Shown here piece by piece: positions 24,884 to 33,924 of a stretch of DNA of 45,417 nt. The stretch is from positions 1 through 45,417 of the forward strand of contig DAOVWI010000002.1 of the NCBI GenBank assembly GCA_030636765.1, given 5' to 3'. Every line of letters starts with the position of its first letter. Within the stretch, counting starts at the first letter, position 1. This DNA is from Gemmatimonadales bacterium. GTDB taxonomy: Bacteria > Gemmatimonadota > Gemmatimonadetes > Palauibacterales > Palauibacteraceae. The notes beneath the pieces were generated by a model. It ran no database searches. It was not told where the DNA came from and worked only from the letters and a program-made list of their open reading frames with translations. Position numbers and translations under genes: made by a program.

Positions 24884-27208
24884 ATGAGGGCTCTACGCCT
24901 CGTGGCCCCTCTCCTCATCGCGGCCCTGTCGCTTTCGCTGCCTGCCTGTGGCGGTGGTGATTCGTCTACCGGTCCGCTCCCGCCGCCACCACCCCCGCCG
25001 CCTCCGCCCCCGCCCGTACAACACTCCCTCACGGTCTTGGGCGCGGGGACCGGAATCGGGACCGTCACCTCCAACCCCGCCGGGCTCGACTGTACGAGTA
25101 CGGCCGGCGTGACCAGCGGGAGCTGTTCCGCCGACTTCGATGACGGAACCGCCGTCACACTAACGGCCAACCCGGCGGCAGGCTCCGCCTTCGTCGCCTG
25201 GTCCGGTGACTGCACCGGCGGTGGCACGTGCAATCTCACCATGGACGCGGACAAAGACGCCACCGCACAACTTCAACTTGCTGTTCAGGGCAGCCCAACG
25301 ATCTCTTCCATCTCGCCCAGCCCCCTCGTCGATGGTGCCTCGGCCACGATCAGCGGCACCGGCTTCAGCGCCGTTGCATCGAACAACACTGTGCTGGTCG
25401 ACGGCGCGGCTGCCACCGTGAACTCGGCGACCGAGACAATGCTCGAGGTTACCCTACCCATCTTCGACTGCCGGCCGGGGCAGTCGGTGGACGTTCAGGT
25501 AGCGGTGGCCGGGCTGTCCAGCAGTCCGGTGCCTCGGGCGTTGATGCCGAAGGAAGCCATTGTCCAAATGGGGATTGGCGAACAGCAGATCCTTCAGAAC
25601 CCCACGGACTTCTGCCTCCAGTTCGAGGACTCGGTGGCGGACGAAGCATATCTTGTCGGGATTCAGTCCGTCTCCGAAGTCGCCTCTGCCTTGACTCCCG
25701 TACAAGTAACCAGCGTGTCGAGTGGGAAGTTGGCAGCCTCTTTGGTACCGAGCGGAGTTCAAGCGCAGCGTTCGCTCGTCAAGGGAGGCCAGCAAGTCCC
25801 ACTTATTGCGCCACGGTGGCGGAGGCACCGGCGGGCGGAAGCTCGCCTGCGGGAGCAGGAACGGCGCATTCTTTCTGATATCCGTCACGACGCGCTAGTG
25901 AGGAGCGCACCATTGCGGGCGAACATCAGCGCCGCCGTGCCGCCGGTTAGCGTGGGGGATGTGATCCAGATGCGGGTGCCGGACCTGAGTGGCGAGAACT
26001 TCTGTCTCGACTTCATCACGGTGAACGCTGAGGTACGGACCATCGGAACTCGGGGGATCTGGTTGGAGGATCAGGCCAACCCGACTGGCGGGTACAGCCA
26101 GGCCGATTATGATGCCCTCAGCGATCGGCTGGACAACCAGATTTATCAGGTGGATGTGGATTTCTTCGGCGAGCCCACGGACATCGATGGGAATGGGCGG
26201 GTCGTCATCCTGATCACTCAGGAGGTAAACAAGCCCGAGGACGCCCCTTTGGCATTCGTGTTTCCTGGCGATCTCTTTCCCCAGCTGGACTGTCCTTCCA
26301 GCGACGTGGGGGAGGTCTTCTACTCTAGAGCTCCGGATCCCAACGGCACAGTGACGCTCAGCGGACCGTACACTCTCGCAGAGGCGATCGAGGATGCGCC
26401 GCTACTGCTGGTACACGAAATCGCCCACATCATCCAGAACCGTCGGCTCTTCACTTTCGCATCCTTTATGGCGGTCTGGATGTTGGAGGGCCAAGCTTTC
26501 ATCGCGGAGGAAGAGCTCGGGCACAGGGTGGAAGGTCGTAGCGCGGGCCAGAATCTTGGCGCTGATGTGCTCTTCAACTCGGCGGGCGCCGATGAACGCA
26601 CCTGGTACCTCCGGTTGTTTGGGAGCTTAGTTAGTTATTTCGGCTTCGGGGTCGACCCGATGGACGAGGTCATTCGGGTCCGGGGTGCCCCGCATGAGTG
26701 CGGTTGGCTTGGCCGGGAGTCCAGCGAGCCGTGCATGGGGAGCTTGGTGAACGGCGTCGCTTGGAGCCTCATTCGTTGGGCAGATGACCACTTCAGCGGC
26801 AGTTTTCCGGGTGGTTCACCGGGGTTCCAACAGGCGCTCATCGACAATGCCGCTGTCGGTTTCGCGAATCTGGAAGGACGGACGGGTCAGAGCATCGAAA
26901 CGATGCTCGCCCAGTGGGCCGCAACCCTGTTCGTCGACGACCGAATCGCAGGTCTCGCCGAGAACCTCACGTTCCCGAGCTGGAACCTGTTCGATGTCGA
27001 CCAGTCCGTGATTGAGCAGGCGCAGCTCCTGCCTACGGGACGTGGCTTCGGCGACTTCCAGAGCGCTCTCTTCACTGTCGCCGCAGCGTCATCGGCGTAC
27101 TTCCGGTTTAGCGGAGGGCCGCGGCAGAACACCGCAGTCCGCTTCCGGGGAAGTGCAGACGAGGTTCTCCGCACTGACATGCAGCTCTGGATCGTACGGC
27201 TACGGTGA
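24884..27208 (+). CDS. probable lipoprotein with a Pro12 linker, InlB-B-repeat-like and IPT/TIG-like domains, and a gluzincin-like HEXXH domain
   Basis: Signal plus Cys (LSLSLPACGG), then 12 consecutive Pro codons. SNPAGLDCTS...FVAWSGDCTGGGTC resembles the bacterial repeat domain. ISSISPSPLVDGASATISGTGF is IPT-like. The metal motif is LLLVHEIAHIIQ followed by WMLEGQAF (HEXXH-X19-E). Confidence 0.75.
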   Translation: MRALRLVAPLLIAALSLSLPACGGGDSSTGPLPPPPPPPPPPPPVQHSLTVLGAGTGIGTVTSNPAGLDCTSTAGVTSGSCSADFDDGTAVTLTANPAAGSAFVAWSGDCTGGGTCNLTMDADKDATAQLQLAVQGSPTISSISPSPLVDGASATISGTGFSAVASNNTVLVDGAAATVNSATETMLEVTLPIFDCRPGQSVDVQVAVAGLSSSPVPRALMPKEAIVQMGIGEQQILQNPTDFCLQFEDSVADEAYLVGIQSVSEVASALTPVQVTSVSSGKLAASLVPSGVQAQRSLVKGGQQVPLIAPRWRRHRRAEARLREQERRILSDIRHDALVRSAPLRANISAAVPPVSVGDVIQMRVPDLSGENFCLDFITVNAEVRTIGTRGIWLEDQANPTGGYSQADYDALSDRLDNQIYQVDVDFFGEPTDIDGNGRVVILITQEVNKPEDAPLAFVFPGDLFPQLDCPSSDVGEVFYSRAPDPNGTVTLSGPYTLAEAIEDAPLLLVHEIAHIIQNRRLFTFASFMAVWMLEGQAFIAEEELGHRVEGRSAGQNLGADVLFNSAGADERTWYLRLFGSLVSYFGFGVDPMDEVIRVRGAPHECGWLGRESSEPCMGSLVNGVAWSLIRWADDHFSGSFPGGSPGFQQALIDNAAVGFANLEGRTGQSIETMLAQWAATLFVDDRIAGLAENLTFPSWNLFDVDQSVIEQAQLLPTGRGFGDFQSALFTVAAASSAYFRFSGGPRQNTAVRFRGSADEVLRTDMQLWIVRLR
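24980..25015 (+). repeat. run of 12 consecutive proline codons (CCN)
   Basis: Read directly from the sequence: ccg ccg cca cca ccc ccg ccg cct ccg ccc ccg ccc, in frame with the 24884 ORF. Confidence 0.95.
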
Positions 27209-27354
27209 CCGGCTTCACGAGCCTGGATGAACCGCCTCACGTCCCCGTTCGCTCGGTTGATTCATAAGAGGCGAGCCCGCAGAATCGCCCTCGATCTGCC
27301 GTCGATGCGTGGGCGGCAACCCGTCGGTATCTTCGGTATCTTCTCCCGAGTTCC

Positions 27355-28749
27355 ATGGACCCATCCGGCAAGCGGAGCGCCGACGTGACCGAGATCGACA
27401 CGTACCTGAGCGAAAACGCAGATCGCTTTGAGGAGGAGCTGAGGGAGCTCCTGAGGATACCGAGCGTGAGCACGGAGAGCCGGTTCGCCGGCGACGTGCA
27501 GCGCTGCGCCGAGTGGATGGCGGCCGACATGGAAAGGGCGGGACTCGAGACCGTGGAGGTCATTCCGACCGACGGCCACCCGGTGGTCTACGCCGAGCAC
27601 CAGGCGGATGTCGAGTCTCCGACCGTGCTGATCTATGGGCACTACGATGTACAGCCAACGGATCCGGACGATCTGTGGACGACCCCGCCGTTCGAACCGG
27701 ACGTGCGGGAGGGCCGCCTGTACGCGCGCGGATCCACGGATGACAAGGGCCAGCTGCACATGCACCTGAGGGCGCTGGAGGCTCGGCTGCGAACGGGCGC
27801 CGGGGTCCCGGCCAACGTGAAGCTGGTGGTCGAGGGCGAGGAGGAGATTGGAAGCCGCCACCTGGAGGGGTTCCTCAAGGAGAACCGCCGGCGCCTGGCG
27901 TGCGACACGGTGATGATCAGCGACACGGTCATGCTCTCCCCGGAGCTGCCGGCCATCACCGTGGGCCTGCGCGGCTTGGCCTACGCAGAGGTGACCGTCC
28001 GGGGCCCGAACCGGGACCTGCACTCCGGGCAGTACGGGGGAGCCGTCCAGAACCCGGCGAACGCCCTCGCCGCGATCATCGCGGGGCTGAAGGACCAGTA
28101 CGGCCGGGTGACCATACCCGGCTTCTACGACCCGGTGCAGGAGATGACGGGGGACGAGCGGGCCCAGCTGCGCGAGATCCCGCTCGATCCGGCCGATCTC
28201 CAGCGCGATCTGAGCGTGCCGGCGCTCGTCGGAGAGGCCGGCTACAGCCCGGTGGAGCAGCTGTGGTATCGGCCGACGCTGGACGTGAACGGCATGATCA
28301 GCGGCTTCACGGGCGAGGGAGCGAAGACCGTGCTTCCGGCGGAGGCCCGGGCCAAGATCTCCATGCGCCTCGTGCCGGATCAAGTCTTCGAGGAGATTCA
28401 GGAGGCGTTCCGCAAGCACGTGCTCGCGCTGGCGCCGGAAGGGGTCACCGTCCACGTCGAGGCCCACCATGGCGCCGCCCCCTGGCGGGCCGACCCCGGC
28501 GGGCCCGTGTTCGAGGCGGCCTCGGCGGCGCTCGAGGAGGCGTTCGGCCACAAACCGCTCCTCATCTGTGAGGGCGGTTCGATCCCGCTCGTGCCGATGT
28601 TCGAGAGGATCCTCGGCGCTCCCGCGGTTCTGATCGGGTTCGGCCTTCCCGGCAGCAACCTGCACGGTCCCGATGAGTGGCTGAACCTCGAGGTCTACCA
28701 CCGGGGAATCGGGGCGCTCGCCTCGATGTGGGGGCGGCTGGCTGGATAG
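27355..28749 (+). CDS. M20 family dipeptidase / peptidase
   Basis: Contains IYGHYDVQP, GRLYARGSTDDKGQ and VVEGEEEIGS, which are the M20 metal-binding and catalytic blocks. 464 aa. Confidence 0.9.
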   Translation: MDPSGKRSADVTEIDTYLSENADRFEEELRELLRIPSVSTESRFAGDVQRCAEWMAADMERAGLETVEVIPTDGHPVVYAEHQADVESPTVLIYGHYDVQPTDPDDLWTTPPFEPDVREGRLYARGSTDDKGQLHMHLRALEARLRTGAGVPANVKLVVEGEEEIGSRHLEGFLKENRRRLACDTVMISDTVMLSPELPAITVGLRGLAYAEVTVRGPNRDLHSGQYGGAVQNPANALAAIIAGLKDQYGRVTIPGFYDPVQEMTGDERAQLREIPLDPADLQRDLSVPALVGEAGYSPVEQLWYRPTLDVNGMISGFTGEGAKTVLPAEARAKISMRLVPDQVFEEIQEAFRKHVLALAPEGVTVHVEAHHGAAPWRADPGGPVFEAASAALEEAFGHKPLLICEGGSIPLVPMFERILGAPAVLIGFGLPGSNLHGPDEWLNLEVYHRGIGALASMWGRLAG

Positions 28750-28992
28750 GCTCGCCCCCACCGCTTTTCAGCTCGTAGGGCGCTTCGTCTCAGCCGGGCG
28801 GTGGCAGCCCCCCGGCTACCGCCACCCTCCGCCATCAACCCAGTTCACAACTCGGATGCGGAGCGGTTGATAGGCGGATGACGTGTGCCGTTTACTTTAG
28901 CACCGTGGTTTCCGTCGGCCAGCGCCTCGCCCTGCCGGCGGCCGAAGCCGTACCGGGGCGCGTCACGGCCCCCTTTGCTGGAGCCAGTTGCC

Positions 28993-31900
28993 ATGATTGA
29001 CATCAGGTGCTTCGGCGGCGTCTCGGTGGTCCTGAGTGCCGGCGACCGGCCCGTCTACTTCCGCTCCAAGAAGCACGTAGCTCTGCTGCTGTATCTCGTC
29101 TCGAACAGGGATCGAGTGTACAGCAGGGACGAACTACTCCCCCTTCTGTGGGACTCGCCCACGCGTTCGGCCCGCCACTCTCTGAGCCAGGCGCTCTACG
29201 ACCTGAAGCGTCGGTTGGGCCAACTCTCGATCGAGCGGTTCGGGGACGGCCTGCGGTTGGCCGGCGACATCACGTTCGAAGGGCGACAGTTCGAGGATGC
29301 TGTTAAGGGAGGCGACCTGCGCGCCGCTGTCGAGCTCTATCGAGGGGACTTCGCCGCTGCCTACGATTCCGTTGGGACCGAGGAGTTCGAGCGCTGGGTC
29401 GACGACGAACGGAGACGCTACGCGATCCTCGCGCAGGCCGCCCTTCACCGGTACGTGCGAGAGTGCGACGGACGAGGTGACTGGGGCCAGATGTGCACTG
29501 CCGCTCTGCAGCTTGTGAAGCTCGACCCACTGAGCCAGGGAGCGCACCGCAGCCTGATGCGGTCTCTCTGGTTGCACGGCGACCAGGCGTCGGCGCTCCG
29601 GCACTTCGGAGGGATCGAAGAGTTCCTGGCTCGGGAGATGCCCGGCGGGATCTCGGCCGAGACTCACGATCTCGTGCAGCGAATCCGCAGTTCGGCACCT
29701 CCCGTGCCGTCCGAGATCACGCGCGGTGAGCTCCCCATGGTCGGGCGCGATGCGGAGTTCGGCCGTCTTCGGGACCTCGTCGACCAGGCGCGCAGAGGCG
29801 GAGGTGCCTTCGTGGTGATTCGCGGCGAGCCAGGTATAGGCAAGACGCGGTTGATATCCGAGCTGGCCAAGTGCGCTTCGGTGGACGGGGTGCGGCTCAT
29901 GAAGAGCCGCTGTTACGCCGCGGAGGAGAACGTAGCGTACGGTCCCGTGCTTGACGCTCTGCAACCGTTCGCGGAGGAGGTGTGCTCGTCGAAAGAAGCA
30001 GCCGGCTACCCACACCTCCGACAGCTGCTGCGCTGCGATCCTGAGCGGCCGTGTGCCTTCGACCTGGAGGCCGATCTGGCCGGCGAGCGTCGGCAGCTGT
30101 ACGAGGAGATCGTCTCTCTCACGACCCGCCTGTGCGATCGGGCCGCGATCCTGTGGGTGGTCGACGACGTGCATTGGATCGATGCGTCCTCTGCGTCTGT
30201 GCTCAGCTATCTCGTGCGTCGGCTCGCCGAACGTCCTTTTCTTCTCCTGGTTACGGTTAGAGATGGGGCCGAGCTGAGCGAAGCCTGCCTTCGACTCCTG
30301 CAGGATCGTTCGACGGATCAAGTATGTGCGACCGTGGCGCTCGGACCGCTCTCGCAGGACGCGATTCGGTCGCTGGTCGACGGATCCGATTTGAGGCAGG
30401 AGAACGGCCAGCTGGCCGAGAAGATCCACCGGCTGTCGGGTGGCAACCCGTTTCTGACGCTCGAGTTCCTGCGCGGCATCGGCAGCGCCACCTCCTTCGA
30501 TCTCGAGAGTTTCAGTGGGGCGTCGCTTCTTTCGGAGCGTGTGACCGGAGTGTTGCAGGCGCGTCTGCAGGGCCTGGCCCCCAGCGCGATCCGCCTTCTT
30601 GAGGCGGTTGCGGTCCTGGGTCGAAACGCGATTCCCAGACACGTGGCGGACGCGGCCGGCCTGAGACTCAATGAGGCTTCAGACGTTTCCGAAGAGCTCT
30701 ATGCGAGGAGCCTCCTCCGCGATCGGGAGGACCGGATCGAGTTTGTCCACGACATCACCAGGGAGTTCGTCTATGGGAACGTCGGCGGAGTACGGAAGGC
30801 ATCCCTGCACTTGTTCGTCGCCGAGGCGCTGGCCAGCGACGTGACAGCCACCCTCCCCACCATCGCTCGCCACTTCCACCTCGGCGGCGATCGTGCCAGG
30901 GCTTTCGAGTACGCTCTGCGGGCTGCGACGTCCTCGATCGCCTCGTTCGGTCACGAGGAGGCGAAGGCTATGGCGACTCTGGCGCTATCGCAGGCGGCGT
31001 TCGATACGGAACGGTACGAAGCCCTGGATATTCTGGCTCGATCGGCGATGGCCCTGGGCCAGCTTGCAGAAGCGGAGCAACATCTCAGGGAAATCCTTGC
31101 CCTACAAACCGTCATCTCGGCCCAGGCGTCAGTCAAGGCCAAGCTCATGCTTGGGCGGATTCGGCTTGAGAGTTCGGACTGGCCAGGAGCCAAGCGCCTA
31201 CTTGAGCGCTTGGATGTTAGTCGTCTACAAGAGCCAGCGGATCGAATCGAAGCTGAACTGGATTCACTGGCTCTCTTGCTCCAGGGCGCTATGCGGCAAC
31301 TCGATGCCACGCATGCTCGCCGTGTCGTATCGAAGATCCGAAAGGCCCATGAGATCGGCACGGCGGAGAAGATCCTGACTAGCGAAGCGGCCGCTCGGAG
31401 CTATCACAGCATGGCCGCCTACTCAGCGTTCTTTGAGTCGGCGGTTGAGGCCGACCGGCTCGTTCAACGAGCTCGGGAACATTCCTCAGGGGTTTCCGAC
31501 GAGCTGGCAACGCGCCTGCTGTTACTAGGCGGGCTGATCAAATCGCACAGAACCCAATGGGACGAAGCGGAGGCCCTGCTCCAAGAGGCACTGTCACGCG
31601 CACGACAGAAGAATCAAGTGTTTGAAACTGGAATAGCGTGGAACAATCTTGCCTTCTGTGCTCTTGAGCAAGGTCATTGGAATGAAGCTGAAGAACGGTG
31701 CCTCGCGAGCATGGAGAGCTTCAAGCGGCTGCCGCCGAACACATTTGTGACAAGGACTCCCCTCACCAACCTTGCCGACATGTACTTCTTTCAGGGGTTC
31801 ACACGCAAGGCGGTGCCTATCTATCAGGAAGCTCTGTCTGATTCCCGGCCGGACTTGCGGCCTCAAATGCTTGCCTCTCTCGGCTTGACCTCGCTACAAC

Positions 31901-32262
31901 TAGGAGACAGGAGTGCTGCGACTGAGTATTGGAGTTCCCTCAACGCGATCAGTGGCATAGAGCAGCAAGGCGGTCAAGAGCAATTCAAGATCGCTTGGCT
32001 CTGCGGCTACATGACTAGCTTGTCCGCTTCGGATCGCGCTGCCGCATTTCTTGGTGAAGCCGCTGAGTTACAGCGCGACATCAACGTGGGGAGCCATTTG
32101 AAGCTCTTGTGGCTAGAACAGCTCCTGGGCGGCCGCTCAAGTGGGAATTCCGACGCCGCACGAGGGATTGTTGAGCGGCTAAGACAAGCTAGACTCGGCT
32201 GGTTCGTACGCTTTTCGCGCCGCTGGCTAACTTTAGTGCAGGCAACGCGACGATCATCTTGA
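28993..32262 (+). CDS. SARP/AfsR-like STAND regulator: winged-helix + BTAD + P-loop NTPase + TPR-like repeats
   Basis: Starts at the ATG at 28993 (MIDIRCFGGVSV...LLLYLVSNRDRVYSRDELLPLLW is an OmpR-type wHTH). BTAD block: AVELYRGDFAA...DPLSQGAHRSLMRSLWLHGDQASAL. Walker A is GEPGIGKT and Walker B-like is ILWVVDDVHWID. The C-terminal ~450 aa are helical repeats. Confidence 0.85.
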   Translation: MIDIRCFGGVSVVLSAGDRPVYFRSKKHVALLLYLVSNRDRVYSRDELLPLLWDSPTRSARHSLSQALYDLKRRLGQLSIERFGDGLRLAGDITFEGRQFEDAVKGGDLRAAVELYRGDFAAAYDSVGTEEFERWVDDERRRYAILAQAALHRYVRECDGRGDWGQMCTAALQLVKLDPLSQGAHRSLMRSLWLHGDQASALRHFGGIEEFLAREMPGGISAETHDLVQRIRSSAPPVPSEITRGELPMVGRDAEFGRLRDLVDQARRGGGAFVVIRGEPGIGKTRLISELAKCASVDGVRLMKSRCYAAEENVAYGPVLDALQPFAEEVCSSKEAAGYPHLRQLLRCDPERPCAFDLEADLAGERRQLYEEIVSLTTRLCDRAAILWVVDDVHWIDASSASVLSYLVRRLAERPFLLLVTVRDGAELSEACLRLLQDRSTDQVCATVALGPLSQDAIRSLVDGSDLRQENGQLAEKIHRLSGGNPFLTLEFLRGIGSATSFDLESFSGASLLSERVTGVLQARLQGLAPSAIRLLEAVAVLGRNAIPRHVADAAGLRLNEASDVSEELYARSLLRDREDRIEFVHDITREFVYGNVGGVRKASLHLFVAEALASDVTATLPTIARHFHLGGDRARAFEYALRAATSSIASFGHEEAKAMATLALSQAAFDTERYEALDILARSAMALGQLAEAEQHLREILALQTVISAQASVKAKLMLGRIRLESSDWPGAKRLLERLDVSRLQEPADRIEAELDSLALLLQGAMRQLDATHARRVVSKIRKAHEIGTAEKILTSEAAARSYHSMAAYSAFFESAVEADRLVQRAREHSSGVSDELATRLLLLGGLIKSHRTQWDEAEALLQEALSRARQKNQVFETGIAWNNLAFCALEQGHWNEAEERCLASMESFKRLPPNTFVTRTPLTNLADMYFFQGFTRKAVPIYQEALSDSRPDLRPQMLASLGLTSLQLGDRSAATEYWSSLNAISGIEQQGGQEQFKIAWLCGYMTSLSASDRAAAFLGEAAELQRDINVGSHLKLLWLEQLLGGRSSGNSDAARGIVERLRQARLGWFVRFSRRWLTLVQATRRSS

Positions 32263-32264
32263 GA

Positions 32265-33623
32265 CTATGACGAGATGCTCAGTACGCCCTGCAGGTTTCG
32301 TTCAAGTGCTAGTTCATCGCCACCTATCTCGAGTTCGTCCAGTATCCCACATTGCAAGGCGGCGGCGACCACTCGTGGGTCGAACTGCGAACCTTGGTTG
32401 TCAATCAACTCTGAGCGAATCTTGTCACGAGTGAGAGCGGCGCGGTAAGGTCTATCGGTCGCCATTGCGTCAATAGAGTCCGCTACCATGATGATGCGAG
32501 CTCCGAACGGGATACTATCACCAGATATTCCTGTCGGATAGCCGCTCCCATCGTACCACTCATGATGGTGTCGGATACAGTGGATAATTTCCTCAGAAAT
32601 GCTGCGGACCGACTGAACGATGTCTACACCCTTGTCTGGATGAGCACGAATGAGTTCTCGTTGCGCGGGCGTCAACGGTCCTGCCTGACGCAGGATCTCG
32701 CCGTAGGCCATATCGATCTTGCCTATATCGTGCAGCAGGGCTCCTGTCTCAACCATCTGAACCTGCCGGGGACCTAGTTTTAGGTGTTCCGCCATGCGAC
32801 GCGTACGTTCCGCGACCCGGATCGAATGTCCCGACGTGTATTGATCCCGCGCTTCGATCGTCTTTACGAGCACCCTCAGGAGATCTCTGTTCAGCTGCTT
32901 GAGTTGCAGGTTGACACCGTAGCTGTACCGCAGGCCGATCAGAGGAATGACGCTGAGCAAGAGGGCAACAGGGCCCCATAGGGCGTAGAGGACGTGTATA
33001 AGGTAGGCGAAGGGACTGATTGCGAGATCGAAGAGGATTATTCCGCCAGTGAGATCACGCCAGGTTCGTAGGAAGCCCTCTTTCTGCGTAATAGACACGA
33101 CATATGAGACTGCTGCTGAGTTAACTCCAAAGAATACCGCAGCAGCCAGTATGAATGGTGGAAAGGAGCTGTTGAACGGCAGAGAATGGAGACTGAATGT
33201 ACCACCAAACCAGTTGTAGACGAGGCCAGCTGCTCCAATCGCGAGAACTGTCTGTGCAGTATTGAAGGCGGCCTTGTGAACAGGCTTGCGCTGCAAGATG
33301 AACTGTTTGAAGAGCATTGTGGCAGTGCTGAGCCCGATCGCGCCTACCGGTCCGAGCAGCAGGAGAGCGCCAAGCTGCGGCAGGAAATCCATGGACGTCG
33401 TCGTGCCGCTCTCGGTAATCCGCAGGTCCAGCATGGACGCGAAGATAGCGAGCGCGAGGAGCGTGACGAGCGCAAGTAACCATGGAGTGTCCATGGTAGG
33501 CGGAAAGGCGATGACCAGAGCAGCGGTTGAAGCTAGCGCCACCGCAATGGTAGAGAGGATCGTCAGGCGAACCTTGCTAGGCAATGACCATCTTACGAAT
33601 AAGCCCCCAATCCCTGCGGTCAC
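32265..33623 (-). CDS. membrane-anchored HD-GYP c-di-GMP phosphodiesterase
   Basis: About 6-8 N-terminal TM helices. Contains HSIRVAE, LLHDIGKI and HHEWYDGSGYPTG (the HD and GYP motifs). The GTG start at 33623 overlaps the stop of an upstream 16-codon ORF. Confidence 0.85.
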   Translation of the reverse strand: MTAGIGGLFVRWSLPSKVRLTILSTIAVALASTAALVIAFPPTMDTPWLLALVTLLALAIFASMLDLRITESGTTTSMDFLPQLGALLLLGPVGAIGLSTATMLFKQFILQRKPVHKAAFNTAQTVLAIGAAGLVYNWFGGTFSLHSLPFNSSFPPFILAAAVFFGVNSAAVSYVVSITQKEGFLRTWRDLTGGIILFDLAISPFAYLIHVLYALWGPVALLLSVIPLIGLRYSYGVNLQLKQLNRDLLRVLVKTIEARDQYTSGHSIRVAERTRRMAEHLKLGPRQVQMVETGALLHDIGKIDMAYGEILRQAGPLTPAQRELIRAHPDKGVDIVQSVRSISEEIIHCIRHHHEWYDGSGYPTGISGDSIPFGARIIMVADSIDAMATDRPYRAALTRDKIRSELIDNQGSQFDPRVVAAALQCGILDELEIGGDELALERNLQGVLSISS

Positions 33624-33670
33624 CAGTCTAACTTACCGGCCAGTAAAGCAAGCGCAAAAGCCCAGAGCAT
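33620..33670 (-). other. 16-codon upstream ORF (MLWAFALALLAGKLDW) with a perfect Shine-Dalgarno sequence
   Basis: AAAGGAGGTGA (reverse complement of 33677-33687) lies 6 nt upstream of the ATG at 33670. Its TGA (33620-33622) overlaps the GTG (33621-33623) of the HD-GYP ORF as tgGTGa. Confidence 0.35.
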
Positions 33671-33924
33671 GTTGTCTCACCTCCTTTCGTGCGAAAGTCG
33701 CAACCGTCCGCTAGGGGTTGCGCTTCCTCTCCGCTCGGAGGATCAGCTTCGCTACTCTCTGGCGTTACGCAGCAGAGATTGGGGGCGTCCGTTACTCCCT
33801 TTTCAGGGTGTCTTAGCTATGTACCGTCTCCTGTCTTCAGCGCAGTCGGATCAAAGGGCCCTAAAGAGAGGGTCCCGAAGCCGCCGGCGCAAGGCAATCT
33901 GCGGTGTTTCTACGGCAGAAAGCC

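Noticed and set aside
24980-25015. CCG/CCC-rich repetitive DNA that could look like a simple-sequence or CRISPR-like repeat
   Set aside because: It is simply 12 in-frame proline codons within a well-supported lipoprotein gene. There is no spacer-repeat periodicity anywhere in the window.
27325-27342. Direct 9-nt repeat CGGTATCTT-CGGTATCTT just upstream of the M20 dipeptidase start
   Set aside because: It is too short to distinguish from chance in 45 kb, and it has no symmetry or known motif. I noted it but did not promote it to a regulatory call.
27262-28761. 499-aa minus-strand ORF antisense to the M20 dipeptidase
   Set aside because: It has no family motifs. It is an Arg/Pro/Gly-rich mirror of a gene with textbook M20 blocks.
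29134-30642. 502-aa minus-strand ORF antisense to the SARP/STAND regulator
   Set aside because: Same reasoning: there is no domain signature, and the plus strand carries wHTH, BTAD and Walker motifs in this interval.
28993-32262. The STAND NTPase with TPR repeats as an Avs-like anti-phage sensor
   Set aside because: The N-terminus is a classic DNA-binding wHTH plus BTAD (SARP), not a nuclease, protease or other effector domain. This fits a transcriptional regulator.
33640-33665. GCGCAAAAGCCC on the plus strand, reminiscent of the ACGCAAAGCC core of c-di-GMP-I (GEMM-I) riboswitches, next to c-di-GMP genes
   Set aside because: It is on the strand antisense to the HD-GYP leader, with no plus-strand gene downstream. 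I could not build the rest of the GEMM-I architecture (paired P1a/P1b with a GNRA loop and receptor). It also falls inside the uORF reading frame on the other strand.
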